A stretch of 64,000 nt of DNA from Octopus sinensis (taxonomy: Eukaryota): assembly GCF_006345805.1 (NCBI RefSeq), contig NC_043003.1:6572001-6636000 (forward strand), in the 5' to 3' direction. Shown piece after piece: positions 1-13,990 of this stretch. The notes below the pieces were generated by a model. It did no database searches. It was not told where the DNA came from and saw nothing but the letters and a program-made list of their open reading frames with translations. Every line of letters begins with the position of its first letter. Positions within the stretch are counted from its first letter, which is position 1. The translations under genes were made by a program, and so were the position numbers.

Positions 1-1620
1 ATGTTGTGTGTGTGTGTGTGTGTGTAGTAACAGGAGAAATAAAATATCCAGAGAGAAATTTGGTATCTGCCTGGATATTTTCATCATTTTCCAGAACGAT
101 GAATAAGAAATTACAGAAGAAACGTTTGACTTCTTAGTATCTTCTGAACTTTAAAGACTTCATGAGTGAAGAGTATAACAATGGCTTCTAAAAGTCCAAT
201 GATGTTTTCTTCTGGTTAAGAGAAGAATAAGATCTTTATTTACTCCATTACGAATCGTTTTCTGGATTTTGTCGGTACAGATTGTAATGAAGCTGCAGTG
301 AAGACGCAGCAGTCTTTAGAACAAGATGTGCTCAATATTTTCATTTGAAGCACCTGGGGTAGGATGTGTCTCATTCCTGTCTCAGTGTCAAAGGCCAAAA
401 GCTCATCATGAAGCTATTGTATAAGACCGTCTACACAGTATTCGGTCTAAGTGAGAAAGTGCAGGAAAAGTCAGCAGATTGACAGCAAGGTGTAGGTATC
501 ATATTTGGGATATCAACAAATACTTGGTTACCTTCGAATTTCAAGTGATGTCAAACATTTGGTTTGAAGTTCTTATACTGACCTCGTGGGTCATGTGTAA
601 CAACTTTAAACCAATTATTACGAAAAAAGAAAAAACATTGATCAACCATGGATAGATATCTTGAAACTGACAGAGAAACAGAATGAAATGCTCGCAAGTA
701 CACGTTTCAATCAAAATAAGTATCAAATAGTTTTTGCTATTAACAGAAGATTCCCAACTGCAAAAGGGGTCCTAAAACTACTTCAAGGGGCAGGTTTTTC
801 AGCATAATTAACTTTGTAATTATCTGTCTTTCACTTTCACACTTCTGCAGTGAGGGTCATTTGTTGATATTTTATGGCACTTGAAGCAATTAAATGAGAA
901 TGATGTGTAACAAAAAGTTAATCAGCTTCGGCTGTGACACTCAAGTTAGATCTCAAGTGACACTCAGAGTAAAGTGTTTCTTTTCAAACGAAGTTTTTGA
1001 TGTGAATTTCAAAGTCAATGTTCTGTTACAGAAGTACATTTATGACGAAATAGTAAAACTGAGATGGGGCAATGTTCGTCCAAATGTTCCTCCGCTTTGT
1101 TGTATAAATATTTTTGTCATTGTCAGAAACAGAGATATCTGATAAGAGGTACTCAGAAACAGAGATATCATACCAGAAGGTTTCAATGGGTTGGTAATTT
1201 TGAATATCGATCAACGACAAAAGTGACTGATTTTTCTGGGGCTTGTTCCAAATGACCTTTCTAAAATTTTGCCAGGTGGCGCAATTAAGTTAGATATGGC
1301 TTGGATCGATATTGGCCAAACCTATCTAAGTTTGTCACAGTGATTGATGAATTTGTCCATAGAAAATGACAGAAAAAATTCCTGAAAGACTGATTACCAT
1401 TTCTCAGCAGAAATTCTCAAAATAGAAAGATAAAATCAGTTGTGTTTTTGACTTTATTACTCTGTTATGCTACATGTAAGGGTATTATGAATACTACATG
1501 TGCAGTGTGTCTGTATGCACACACACACGCATACACGCACACATGCACGCACGCACACGCGCGCGCACACACACACGCACACACACATACAGACACATGC
1601 ACACACATAAACATATATGC

Positions 1621-1682
<62 letters not shown>

Positions 1683-1723
1683 GCATATACGTATGTATAT
1701 GTATACACACACACACACACACA

Positions 1724-1766
<43 letters not shown>

Positions 1767-1767
1767 T

Positions 1768-1799
<32 letters not shown>

Positions 1800-3094
1800 C
1801 ATGTAGCCCATACATACATTAAATGCATTTAGCACTGATTACTAGAACACTTGTAGTTTGAGTGGCTGAGGGTGTATAATAAATATAGTTGCAGACGGTG
1901 TATAATTGATATCATAAGGGATGTATTATGCATACAGGAGAGAGTGTATAAAAATAGAGAACCACGTCTATTTATGGCAGAGGTGTCAACCAAATGCGTC
2001 TACCAAAGTGTATTCATAGAACTGATAAGACCCAGGGTATGAGCTTCTAAGTGGTCGCTCGATCTGCGAGAAATAGCTACTATATCTCTCTTAAACCACA
2101 CGCTGCAGCCATAAAAGATTAAGGCCATACTGGATATTATAATCCCTGATACACAACAGGACGAGATGGGCACGGCTGTAACACTTTTGATCATTGGCTT
2201 CTTGTTCAGTCTTGACAACAATAACACCCTCTGAAGGAAACCAAACAAGTTCAACATCGTCAAATCTTGAACACACAACCTGAAGGATTGTATGTTTTCA
2301 ATAGCAAAATACCTCAATAGATCTAATTGGTAGAATCGGTAAAGTGCTGGATGAAATGCCTTAGAAAATTTTGTTATGATCTGTACGTTCTGAGTTCAAA
2401 TCTTGACGAGATTAATTTTAACTTACATTCTATCGGGATCCGTAACAACAAAGTACCAATCAAGTAGGCGGGTTTTGTAACCAGCCGTACAAAAAAATTG
2501 CACTTAATTGCCTAAAATAATGTAGAAATTAATATGCAGAACAGTTAGAGGTCACTTGCGAGCGCATATGGGATGCAGTGATATGAATCATGTTTTCGTT
2601 AATTGTTTTCGGTTGTTCTGCAGAGGTGAGTAGACAGGGACATCGTATGGACCTCGTTTCTTTGATTCATCGAGGATCTGACAACTGGAGTGAGAGTCAG
2701 AGCTATACAAGAACTTAGGTTATATTTTTGAGTAATACGCGTGAAAGGAAATGCTTTGCTCAACGACATAACGTGTCACCGCTCCAGAAATTGAAACTAC
2801 GACTTTATGATCACAAACCGAATACACATTGACCATGCAACCTCACCTACTAAATAATTATAGTTACTTCAAGTTTACATTTGTGAAAGCATTTAGAGTC
2901 ACACCACAGACTTTTGTTACAGGAAGAAAATTTGCCCAAAATAAATTGTTTGCACAGACTTGTAGCCAAGCAGCGAGAGAAATATATCTTTTTTAAAACA
3001 TCCGAGATATGAATGGAATGATAATGGAAGGCCAGAAACTATTTAGGGCGACGCTCTATCCTATTCCAGTCTATTTTGCCCGGATTGGTAGTCC

Positions 3095-3130
<36 letters not shown>

Positions 3131-3134
<4 letters not shown>

Positions 3135-3325
3135 TACATTTAAACACATAAGAGGCATTCATCATAGGATTCCATGCACGCTAGAGAGAACAGTTAAATT
3201 CCAAACCACTATTAGGGATAAAATTTCGAAATTTTTATCCCTAATAGTGGTTTGGAATTTAACTGTCCTCTCTAGCGTGCAAGGAATCCTATGACGGATA
3301 CCTCTTATGTGTTTAAATGTACACT
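3131..3325. repeat. Near-perfect palindrome (fold-back) of about 195 bp
   Basis: AGTGTACATTTAAACACATAAGAGG...TAGGGATAAAATTTC|GAAATTTTTATCCCTA...CCTCTTATGTGTTTAAATGTACACT; no spacer. Confidence 0.9.
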
Positions 3326-3427
3326 GTATTTATATGAATAATATATAGTCTATTGACTAATTGTTTACACGCTGGGTCACTGGTAATGGAAATTTCAAAT
3401 TTTTCAGATTACCCTTTGATATTATTA

Positions 3428-3508
<81 letters not shown>

Positions 3509-3511
<3 letters not shown>

Positions 3512-3871
3512 ACGGAATAAATAGTGAGGGATTATCAATTCGGACAAAATACTTCATGGTACACCAAGTTAACAAAATTACTCAGGTTAGTGAAGAACTA
3601 AAAAGTAATCTTTTGGTAGGGTACCAAGTTATGGTTCATCACAATTCTTTATTGTAAATCCGTGGATGGGCTTCAGACAAAACTGGTTTTTACAGAGTGA
3701 TATATGTAAGAGACAAGTTAAAAGTAACGGTCATTACACATGATTCCTTTATTAGAGCAAATTTGGCTTACAACTGTTTCCGATAGTCATTACTGACAGG
3801 TTTACTCAACTGATCTATTGATCAATTGAGGTAAATTGAACGACCTAAGAAAATTTAACATCGCCAGAGCC
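3509..3871 (-). repeat. Dispersed repeat (probably Penelope-derived); inverted homologue at about 49670-50018
   Basis: GTGAAGAACTAAAAAGTAATCTTTTGGTAGGG...AAATCCGTGGATGGGCTTCAGACAAAACTGGTTTT is found as its reverse complement at about 49820-49930. It abuts (TG)n. Confidence 0.75.
3765..3871 (-). ncRNA. Degenerate hammerhead motif within a dispersed repeat
   Basis: On -: GGCT-CTGGCGA...GAAAC-AGTT-GTA-AGCC. The core is mutated (CTGGCGA) but stem I is intact. Confidence 0.45.
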
Positions 3872-4769
3872 ATTTCTGGAAATAGCTCTGACAAAAGTAT
3901 CAGCGGGCTTCTTCGTTGTCCTTCGGCTTGCCTGCTAGAAATGGCAGCCAACTCTTCTTCAATTCACAAAAAAATGTAATAAAATAAGAAATACAATTTA
4001 TAAAATGGAGAGTACAGTAATGAACAATATTAGTCAATTAAGTGGTCAAGAATGGAACGTCTTTGAGCATCAGTTTGCTCTGTCAGAATTAATCTTCGGC
4101 TAAATAACAATAACAACAGTAAGCTTGTCTGTGTCTAAAAACACTCTGCTGACGTCACTTCCGGTGACTGAGGTTTCTTTGGCCACTTGATATTAGACAA
4201 GATGCTGCGCAACCATCGTTAAATGTCAGCCACAACCACTGTCGCTGTTTCTACAGACACTGTCACCGTAGTTATGTTGTCATGGTTACGACATCTTCAT
4301 GGTCAGACGAATCACTAAGCAAATTTCTAGGCAACGGTCGCTTCACTTGCTAGAAATAATAGTCAAAGTTCCCTCACTCTCTTAAACAAAAAAAAACAGA
4401 TTCTCTTAAACAAAATACACATTGAAGAATGTTGTCTTAAAGACTCCCCAAAGACGGGGTGGTCATGGCTGGAAAATTTTTTATCATAGTTTTGCTGAAC
4501 TAGGGTTATGCTAGGGCGAAACAACAACAACGTGGGAATTACTAAGTGGTTTCTTGAAATGGTAGTCAAATCACTTCTTATTGTCGTAGAAATGGAGGAG
4601 ACAATGGATAATGTGGACGTAGATACACTTAGCCAGAATGAAAATGGAACGGTCACGGACGGAATGACTTCGATCAACTCTGATACAAAGCAAAAATAAC
4701 CACAACAGCAGCAACAATAACAACAACAATAACAATAATAATAGTAATAATAACCACTACAAGTTGTGT

Positions 4770-5040
4770 AGACCCGACCAAGTAGCGAAAGTGCTCCACA
4801 GGAAACTGTGCAGAAAGTGAGAGCTAGGGAGAGGTAAGACGTGGTATGAGTACAAACTGCAGAGATTGCCGGAGTCGGAAACTATCACAATCCTCTTGGA
4901 TTTCCCAATTCAAACAGATCAGGTGCTAGAACATAACAGACCGGACCTAGTGGTGGTGGACAAGGAGGATAGCACCACATATGCTATATAGTTGACGTTG
5001 CATGGCCCTTTGACCCACGAATAGTCAAGAAGGAAGGCGA

Positions 5041-5076
<36 letters not shown>

Positions 5077-5077
5077 T

Positions 5078-5140
<63 letters not shown>

Positions 5141-5141
5141 T

Positions 5142-5203
<62 letters not shown>

Positions 5204-5205
5204 CT

Positions 5206-5283
<78 letters not shown>

Positions 5284-5490
5284 CAACCCGCTTAAGTACG
5301 AAATAGCCCAGCTATGGAAAATGAAGAAGTTGAAGATAGTACCAATTATTGTTGGGTCCTTGGGAACATTATCAGAAGGCATCAAGAGGAATATAAAGGA
5401 AATTAGAATGGAGTACTCAGTAGAACTGTTACGAAAGGTTAGCCTTCTTGGCCCGGCCAGAATAATCATGAAATTATAAGATAGCTGAAA
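4770..5490 (+). mobile_element. RLE-type non-LTR retrotransposon 3' fragment, interrupted by (GATA)n
   Basis: DFPIQTDQVLEHNRPDLVVVDK...IVDVAWPFD...KEGEKI-(GATA)n-YNPLKYEIAQLWKMKKLKIVPIIVGSLG; PD-(D/E)xK endonuclease signature. Confidence 0.85.
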
Positions 5491-5508
5491 AGAACGGATA
5501 GCATGGTA

Positions 5509-5737
5509 CCTATTTCTTTATTACCCACAAGGGGCTAAACATAGAGGGGACAAACAAAGACAGACATAGGTATTAAGTAGATTACATCGACCCCAGTGCA
5601 TAACTGGTACTTAATTTATCGACCCCGAAAGGATGAAAGGCAAAGTCAACCTCGGCGGAATTTGAACTCACAACGTAATGACAGACGAAATACAGCGACG
5701 CATTTCGCCCGGCGTGCTAACGGTTCTGCCAGCTCGC
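5509..5737 (-). mobile_element. tRNA-derived SINE, family A
   Basis: GCGAGCTGGCAGAA...GAGTTCAAATTCC (B-box)...GACTTTGCCTTTCATCCTTTCGGGGTCGATAAA...AAAGAAATAGG; many copies in the window. Confidence 0.9.
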
Positions 5738-6175
5738 ATCCATATGAGCGCCGTCGGCACCCTTTTTGTTCAGTGGGGAAAATATCGATCTGTTCCGTAA
5801 ATTTGAATGTTTTCTCCACGAGGATGGATGTTAACATTTTTATACGTGGTAGATAAACATCTTATGGGCAGATGGTTTTGGGGAAATTTGGTTTCATTAT
5901 TCTTCGAGAGTAGGTTAAGTAATACCATCTTGCTAACCAATCAGTGACTATAGGAGAAAAAGATTATCATTGAATAACTGGACTAACTTTTCGTGTGCCC
6001 ACGGGGAGCGAAACGAGCAAGAAATTTGGCACCCTATTATTACCAGGGGATTTCCACTTAGGAGTCTTTATGAGTGGCATTGTTAGGTCTGCTATTGTGA
6101 TATCTTCCCTTGCTTGTTCTGCTACGTTTTGGTAGGATCCTTCTCTGCGTCTAATCAAGTCTCCATTTTCCTTCT
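5738..6175 (-). mobile_element. Non-LTR retrotransposon RT N-terminal fragment
   Basis: KWKSPGNNRVPNF, ICP*DVYLP/TYKMLTSIL, and PTEQKGCRRRSYG. Confidence 0.75.
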
Positions 6176-6191
6176 AAATTTATTATCATCA

Positions 6192-6255
<64 letters not shown>

Positions 6256-6296
6256 TACTATTATTGTTATTATTATTATTATTATTAACATCATCA

Positions 6297-6356
<60 letters not shown>

Positions 6357-6359
6357 CAA

Positions 6360-6710
6360 CATTATTTTACTTGTCAGAGCTGTCTTACTCGCTTTTGTTG
6401 ATTCTGTGAAAGCAGACTGCAACCTGTTATCTGAGATTTCACAGGGTCTCTTCCGCAAATTATAAGCTTTGCTACTTGGATGTTGAAGCCATTCAACACC
6501 CAAACAAAATCTCAACTGTCCCCCAATAAAGCAGGATTCTGCCCTCATGTCAATTCCAATTTCTCCGACCTATTTCTCGAACCTGGTTGTTAGTGCTCCG
6601 AGTGCTCCTGCAGCTATTGGGAAAACAGTTGCTCTCCTCATTGCCCCCATCCTTGCAATTTCCCCTTTTAGTAGTCTAAATCTCTCCATTTTATCCAGTT
6701 CTTTGTAGGT
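6360..6710 (-). mobile_element. RLE-type LINE 3' end with (TAA)n tail
   Basis: LKGEIARMGAMRRATVFPIAAGALGAL, followed on - by the long (TAA)n run at 6180-6358. Confidence 0.7.
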
Positions 6711-7712
6711 ATTATTATGTGAACCCTCATCAACTTTTTCAAGTTTCACTTGAAAAGGAAATAAGGGTAGTGAGGTAGGTGCCGTCATTAAGTGAATTTA
6801 TCGAAGTCGAAGTTTTAGTATATGTTTGTTGAGTGTGTCTGTCTGTAACCTCAATATAGCTGAGTGGTGTTTGTCTTATATTTGAGAGTGGAAGTCTCCA
6901 AAATATAACATCTGATGTGGCCTGGTGTTGAAGATGATGGCAGTGGACAGCAAATGTTTAACCTGCGTTGAGCGATAGTAATAGAGATAGACGGGATGTG
7001 CCCATGAATTTCCTCCTTAGACTTGTACTCATGCCATGAGATGTTTTAGGGCCTCGTGGGCGTGATACTGTACTTAACATCAAGGTAATCTTGAAGCGCT
7101 ATTTTCAAAATTCAGATTTCAACCCCATAGAGAAGATTGCTTTCTCTCCATGTCCTCAAGACAGTCACCGTTATTGACTTGGCAATACTTGATTGGCAAA
7201 TATTTTGAAATTTGCCACAGTCACTCCAGGTTTGTCCTTTGTATAACAGGAAGTCTTTCTACTATCATCATCAACCTATGTCTCACCGTCTTTCAAATCA
7301 TTGATCCCTTTGAGTTGTGTGCCATCGTTGAGACAAAATGACCGGAGGTGACTTTAACACTCATTGGTGATTTTGAATTTAATCTTTTTTGGAACAAACC
7401 AACTTTGGCTGCAGAATTTTCGATGGAATTTGTCAAGTTTTGTGTATGAGAAAGATGATAGGCTATGAGAATAAGATTCTCATAAAAGACCATTAGAGAT
7501 TAAGACTGCTGACGTCTTCATCTGGTGAATAGTGATTCAGTAGGAAGCAGAAGATGGCGCAAAACATAGTATTCGGTACAAGTGGAGATTATATTCACTT
7601 TTAATATAACATCTCCTTGATGCTTCCAGTACCGCAATTGAAAGGTGGCGCCTTGTATTTATAAATAATTTCCACAATACACACACATAGACACACCTAT
7701 ATATGTGTGTGT

Positions 7713-7777
<65 letters not shown>

Positions 7778-7984
7778 TGTGTGTGAATAATACAAAAGTA
7801 GTTATACAGTAAGTATCACATAAATGTGACTGAAACAAGTAAAAGAGTAAAATATATATATATATATATATATATATTGATAAAACGGTAAGATAACAAA
7901 CACACACCACAAACACACACCACAACAAACACATACATACTACATACATACATGCTATGCAAAATAAAGTATATATATTATATA

Positions 7985-8036
<52 letters not shown>

Positions 8037-8179
8037 GTATACATGTATGTATGTATGTATGTAATACGTATATATATATTATATATATATATATATGTAT
8101 GTATGTATGTATGTGTTTGTGTTGTGTGTGTTTGTGTGTATATATATATATATATATATAGATATATATATATATATAT

Positions 8180-8210
<31 letters not shown>

Positions 8211-9001
8211 ATTATGTCTATATTGAAAGAATTAAAATATTCGGATTTGATATATTTTAAATAGCACTGTTAATTCCTATGATGTTGAACAGCTCGTTAA
8301 TTCTATATAGATTTAAAGTCCGATTCACAGAGCATAAAACATGAAAATTCAAAATTAATGTATTGAGCAAATAAATTATTTCCCATCTTCTATGCTCCAG
8401 TAAGGCCGCGATTCAATTACAGACAGTAAAACCAATATAATAAAGAGTATATACGCATCACCCCTCCACACACACACAGACACACACACACTTGGCGGCG
8501 GGAGGGTGTGTGTGTGTGTGTGTGTAAGCTTTGGACATGTTCTTGTTTGTGCCATACAATATAACCATTCTTCATAAATACAATCCTTTCCTAATGACTG
8601 ACATATGTTTTATACACACGTTCCAAAAAATTGTGCTATTATTTTCTCAGCGTTTAAATATAGAAAAATGATTATCTCTCGATGCCCTTTATGGTGTGGA
8701 TCCTGTTCTGTTCATTTCCCAAGCTAAATTTCACTGAAAACTGAACAAAAAAATGATGATATTCCGGAGAGGTGAGGCTGGGATGATTTAATCGCTGTTT
8801 TCCTCGTGAAGCGTTTAACTGTCATTTTAAAGTGTCGGCTGCTTCCGTCATTGATAATCTAATGGCGTAGCACTTTCACACTTTGGGCCCTTTTCCTACT
8901 TTTTCTTTCATCACTTCAGATAAGTACACATGTGTGTGTGTATGTGTGCGTATGTGTATACATCCGTATGGATGGATGGATTGATAGATAGATAGATAGA
9001 C

Positions 9002-9069
<68 letters not shown>

Positions 9070-9445
9070 TTCGCTTTATTATCTAATATCGAACATATAT
9101 AAATATAAATAAAGATATATAAATATATAGATGTAAAATAGAAACAAGTTTTACCAACACCCACGTGGTTCGATCGCAGTACTGTAAACCGAATAGCTGT
9201 GATGAGTGAGTAATCATGGATATATATATATATATAAATTTATAGAAAAAAAAAGAAAAGAAGGCAGCTGTATGAACAACAAGTAAGTGTATTAATTTTA
9301 CGCTCGGGAAAATGAAGAAGTCTTTTACGTTTCGAGTCTATGCCCCTCAACAGAAAGGAATAAGAGAAAATAAACAGAGAGAGAATGAAAAAAATTTGTA
9401 GATTTCAGCGGTCCAGCATGGAGAATGATATATATATATATATAT

Positions 9446-9822
9446 AATACAAAATAAGAAAATGGAGAAATACATCCAAATCAAATATCAATTACCAGAT
9501 AATACCCAATCACATACTCTATTAAACCACCACATAAGAAACTTTAAGGTCAAACATAATAATATAGAACGAAACAGTGTACATAAAGGAGTAATATGAT
9601 ACAATAATTACAATATGTATAAAAGAATATAAATATAAATAAATATAAGTATAAATATAAATTCCTTTATGTACACTCCTTTATGTACACTGTTTTGTCA
9701 TATATTATTATGTTTGACCTTAAAGTTTCTTATGTGGTGGTTTAATAAAGTATGTGATTGGGTATTATCTGGTAATTGATATTTGATTTGGATGTATTTC
9801 TCCATTTTCTTATTTTGTATTA
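9446..9822. repeat. Inverted repeat, arms about 145 bp with an AT-rich spacer
   Basis: 9446-9590 is nearly the reverse complement of 9678-9822. Confidence 0.85.
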
Positions 9823-9991
9823 TGAATTTGTGGTAAAACATTTTACCTTTGCCCATATAATACAGTAAATGAATTAATTGCATCGCAATTCTTAACATTT
9901 ATGTATTAACTTTGTTGGGTAGCTCACTAGCAGTATATTGGATATATGTTATCCCATGGAGGGTTGCATTTACAACCCCTATCTCAATTTG

Positions 9992-10032
<41 letters not shown>

Positions 10033-10254
10033 TATACAACTTATATGTATATAATTTACTCTGTAGCGAGTAAATAATATGTGGAAATTGAGGATTTAAT
10101 AGTCTGTTATCAGCATATTGGGATTGAAATAATTTTCTTTAGCCCTTACTTATAAGTTGTTTATAATTTTAACAGTAAAGGTATTTTAATATGCTGTCAC
10201 ATTTTTGGGTGACATTTTTTTTCTGTAGAAAAAAAAATTCATCCTATATTAGTA

Positions 10255-10291
<37 letters not shown>

Positions 10292-10526
10292 CATACATAC
10301 ATACATACATACATACATACATACATACATACATACATACATACATACACATATGAAACATATGTAGCCTGGAATTTAGCTACTTCATTCCCTAATTTTG
10401 TGATATATATATATATTGTGTGTGGGAAGTAGCTTGCTTACCAATCACATGGTTCCAGGTTCAGTCCCACTGCGTGGCACTTTAGGCAAGTGTTTTCTAC
10501 TATAGCCTCGGACCGACCAAAGCCTT

Positions 10527-11655
10527 GAGAGGCCTGAGATCAGTGCAGATGACCTTCGAATGCTATATGGTATCAGTCAGACAGCACCTGTTAAACAGCA
10601 GCAGCAAAAATAAATATATTAATGCACTGCTGAAAAGTGAAGTGAGCAACATTGTACGAGTCGGCAGTGAACTCCTCAAGAAACACTCTCTTCCTGATGA
10701 TCTCCTATACAGCCCCAAAACAGCTGGGCTCTCTTACCCCAGAGAAGACCTGGACGGAAAGCACTCAGCATACAAAAAAAAAAATATGCGTGGGTGTGTT
10801 GCCCGGAAGCTTGAAGAAGACAGTAGAATCGACACAAAACACAGCCTCCCTTGAACACAAGACCACTACATCACATCACACTTTTGCAATCCAGGAACAG
10901 AAGATTGCCACAAAGTACCTGGTGAACAAGAGAGACAGAGACGTTCTTGTAATCCCAAGGTGCAACCGCATATGTAGGCTATATAATGTTTCTGTGGAGG
11001 ACATCACGCATGTGATTAGCAGCTGTCCTAAAATGTCGTCACGGTACTACCTCCCTATGAGGCACGATGTTGTTGCTAAAACAATTTACAATGCCACCCG
11101 CAAAAAAGACTGTCCTAAAATAAACTTAGAAAATCCCTCTGTTATGGAATACATTCATAAACACCAACTCAAGGAATACTGGTGGAATATTCCCATCAAA
11201 ACTTTTGTCAAATGTATACATAACAGGTCGGATATTGTTGTTTGAGACAGAGGGGCAAAGGTATGTACCGTCATAGCAGTCAGCTGTCCTGCAGATATAA
11301 ATATCTCTTTGAAAATCAAAGAAAAAGAGGAAATCTATGGACAACTGCTTTGAAACCTCCGGCTTCTATATCCAGACTATTCATACCAATAATATTTGGA
11401 GCACTAGATTTCGTTAGTAAATGCTTAAAGGAGAATCTGGATGAACGGGATTTTCAGAAAGAGAAATCGACCGGCTGATTCGTACATTACAAGTTCAATC
11501 TGTGAGTGGAACAGTAAGACTTTTCTCAAGTTCCAAATGTGAATTTGTCTGTGTCAACTACATCCCAAAGATGGAGTCTTATATCTATGTCGGAAACCAG
11601 CTCCTTCCTCAGTGGAAGCTTTGTAATTAAAAAGCAGAAGAGACATACATACATA
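10527..11655 (+). mobile_element. RLE-type LINE 3' portion (CCHC knuckle plus endonuclease), decayed
   Basis: FAIQEQ...CRLYNVSVEDITHVISSC...RHDVVAK...WWNIPIKT...HNRSDIVV...FIPIIFGAL; 3' tail ends in (CATA)n. Confidence 0.85.
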
Positions 11656-12908
11656 TAATCTAACTTACAACATGTCCAGATGCTAAACAAGCATGAGATT
11701 GTTAAAATATTCATAAAGTTATTCACTCTTCATGACTGGATGCCAATCATTTCGAAATTTACTTCTTTCGGAATACTTTCTCCCAAACCTATATTCCATA
11801 CATTCTTGCAAACTAAATATGTCTATAGATGGGTTTTTTTCTCTTTTTTGGGGGTGTTTTGGTGTTTGGGGGGTTTTGTTGTTGTATTTGGGGAGTGGGG
11901 TTCTTTTTGTTTGTTTGTTTGTTTGATTTTTTTTGGGGGGGGGGTGAGAAAGTTTCTTATGAAATTTTCATTAAGACACTAAGCTTACGTTTTGAGTCAC
12001 AGTAGTCGTTTACGTAAATCTAATTTATAAAAGTATTGATCTCGTCGTACCCTGATGGATGATCGTCAAAATGGAGTTGGGAGGATTTTGAGAGCTGGAA
12101 GTGATTGAACATTATCAGACATTTTGTTCGACACTCCACCATCCTGAAAACTCACCACCTTTTCATATGCTACCATCATGCTTATGATTCCCATTTTTAG
12201 ATGTAATTCGAAATAATGAGACAAACCTTGGCGGCGTCCACAGGTACAAGAATATGTTTGGGCTTATAACATATTAAGATTTTTTAAAAATCAGTGGTGT
12301 CACAGACTGATACTGCTTCATAGAATTGCAGACGATAATATAACTTGAGCGTGTCAGTGTCTGTGAACTGACTTAATGATAAAGATTTCATCCGGTTTCA
12401 ACCATTTCTGTCAATGGATCAAGATTTTAATAAGCTTAGGACAAAAGAAAATATTAAGCGTTTGGCTGAGTTTAGCGATTGGGATCTTAAGGACTTTAGC
12501 CAAGTTGATCAGGTAATATGGATGAAAGTTTTATGTTGTTTTGTCTCCTTGGAAACGGTACTGTTGGCATCAAAAGTAGAAGACTATTCACGTGAGCAAC
12601 ACGTGACATGAAAGGATACATTTCACTGCGGTGTTTGGGTGAAATGTATATGGCAGACGGCTTAAGCGAGCGGTGATGTTTGAGAGGAAAGAGTTAGCAA
12701 AGGGAGAGTAATGTCGTCTGGTTTAATGTCATCACAGAGACTGGATGGATGAAAATGGCAGCATTCTGTGGTTAAGCCAAATGTGGAATAAGAAATCAAG
12801 GATCCTCTGGAAATGAAATCATCTCGAGTTTAGGACCTTTTCAATGTTCACATGATAGAAAAGAAGAAAGAAATAAAGTTTCTGCAATTTCTCCAACGTA
12901 TGATACCT

Positions 12909-13141
12909 ATTTCCTTACTACTCACAAGGGGGTAAACACAGAGGAGACAAACAAGGACAGACAAACGGATTAAGTCGATTATATCAACCCCAGTACGTAA
13001 CTGGTACTTATTTAATCGACTCCGAAAGGATGAAAGGCAAAGTCGACCTCGGCGGAATTTGAACTCAGAACGTAGCGGCAGACGAAATACTGCTAAGCAC
13101 TTTGCCCGGCATGCTAAGGATTCTGCCAGCTCGCCGCTAGC
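12909..13141 (-). mobile_element. SINE family A, full length with 19-bp TSD
   Basis: TCTCCAACGTATGATACCT at 12890-12908 and 13142-13160. Confidence 0.92.
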
Positions 13142-13573
13142 TCTCCAACGTATGATACCTGTTGGTCTCACCTCTATACGTGGCTATGACTATAGACTAC
13201 TGACGGACAAAATACATCTGGTGGAGTTGAGGTAGGCATCTTCAGGTGAAAAGACACTGGCCAAAAATGACAACCTCAAGAAACTATATTCGTCTCTTGT
13301 AATATCATAGGTAAAGAATGTTTGGGTTAATATTCCAGCTGAGATGGAGGAGAAAAGTTTCCAGAAAACAAGAATAAAAACTAAGATGGACTGAAGATGA
13401 CCAAGGTGACCAACAACGGATGCGGATTGCATCGATAACCACCTGGACGAGGCTCCTCCTGGGGTTAAAAACAAAGTAGTAACGCTGGTTCCTGCAGGAC
13501 AACCATATTGATGTGGCGATAAACATATTACTTCTCAGTATGGAGAACTACTTTCATCTCTTATAGAGGTTTT

Positions 13574-13613
<40 letters not shown>

Positions 13614-13710
13614 TAATTAATCACTATCAGGGTAGCAAAAAAATCAAGAGAAATTGTTTCGCCACCAGCGGTCTATCAAGGCCATTCCTTAATATATATA
13701 TACATATATA

Positions 13711-13990
13711 TGGACTCGCGGTTGTAGGATCGCGGTTTCGACTCCCAGACTAGGCGTTGTGAGTGTTTATTGAGCGAAAACACCTAAGCTTCACGAGGCT
13801 CCGGCAGGGGGTGGTGGCGATCCCTGCTGTACTCTTTCGCCACAACTTTCTCTCACTCACTCTTTCTTCTGTTGGCCTGCTCGCTTAGCCAGCGGGGTGG
13901 CGTCATTTGAAGGCTTAAACAATGCGAAGCGCATTGTGACCAGCGATGTGCAGCAACATCTGATAGCCTGGTCGGTCACGGTGATCACAT
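13711..13990 (+). mobile_element. tRNA-derived SINE, family B head with tail type 1
   Basis: GGACTCGCGGT...GGTTTCGACTCCC...TTTATTGAGCGAAAACACCTAA core, followed by a unique tail. Confidence 0.85.

Noticed and set aside
100-1250. Possible transposase or gene remnant
   Set aside because: Only short ORFs with no recognisable motif.
1442-1835. Overlapping YI/CV/HT-rich ORFs here and throughout the window
   Set aside because: Stop-free (TA)n and (CA)n tracts, not genes.
12320-12850. Possible decayed Tc1/mariner transposase (similar hints at about 2480-2700 and 8620-8870)
   Set aside because: Motifs are too degraded to call without an alignment.
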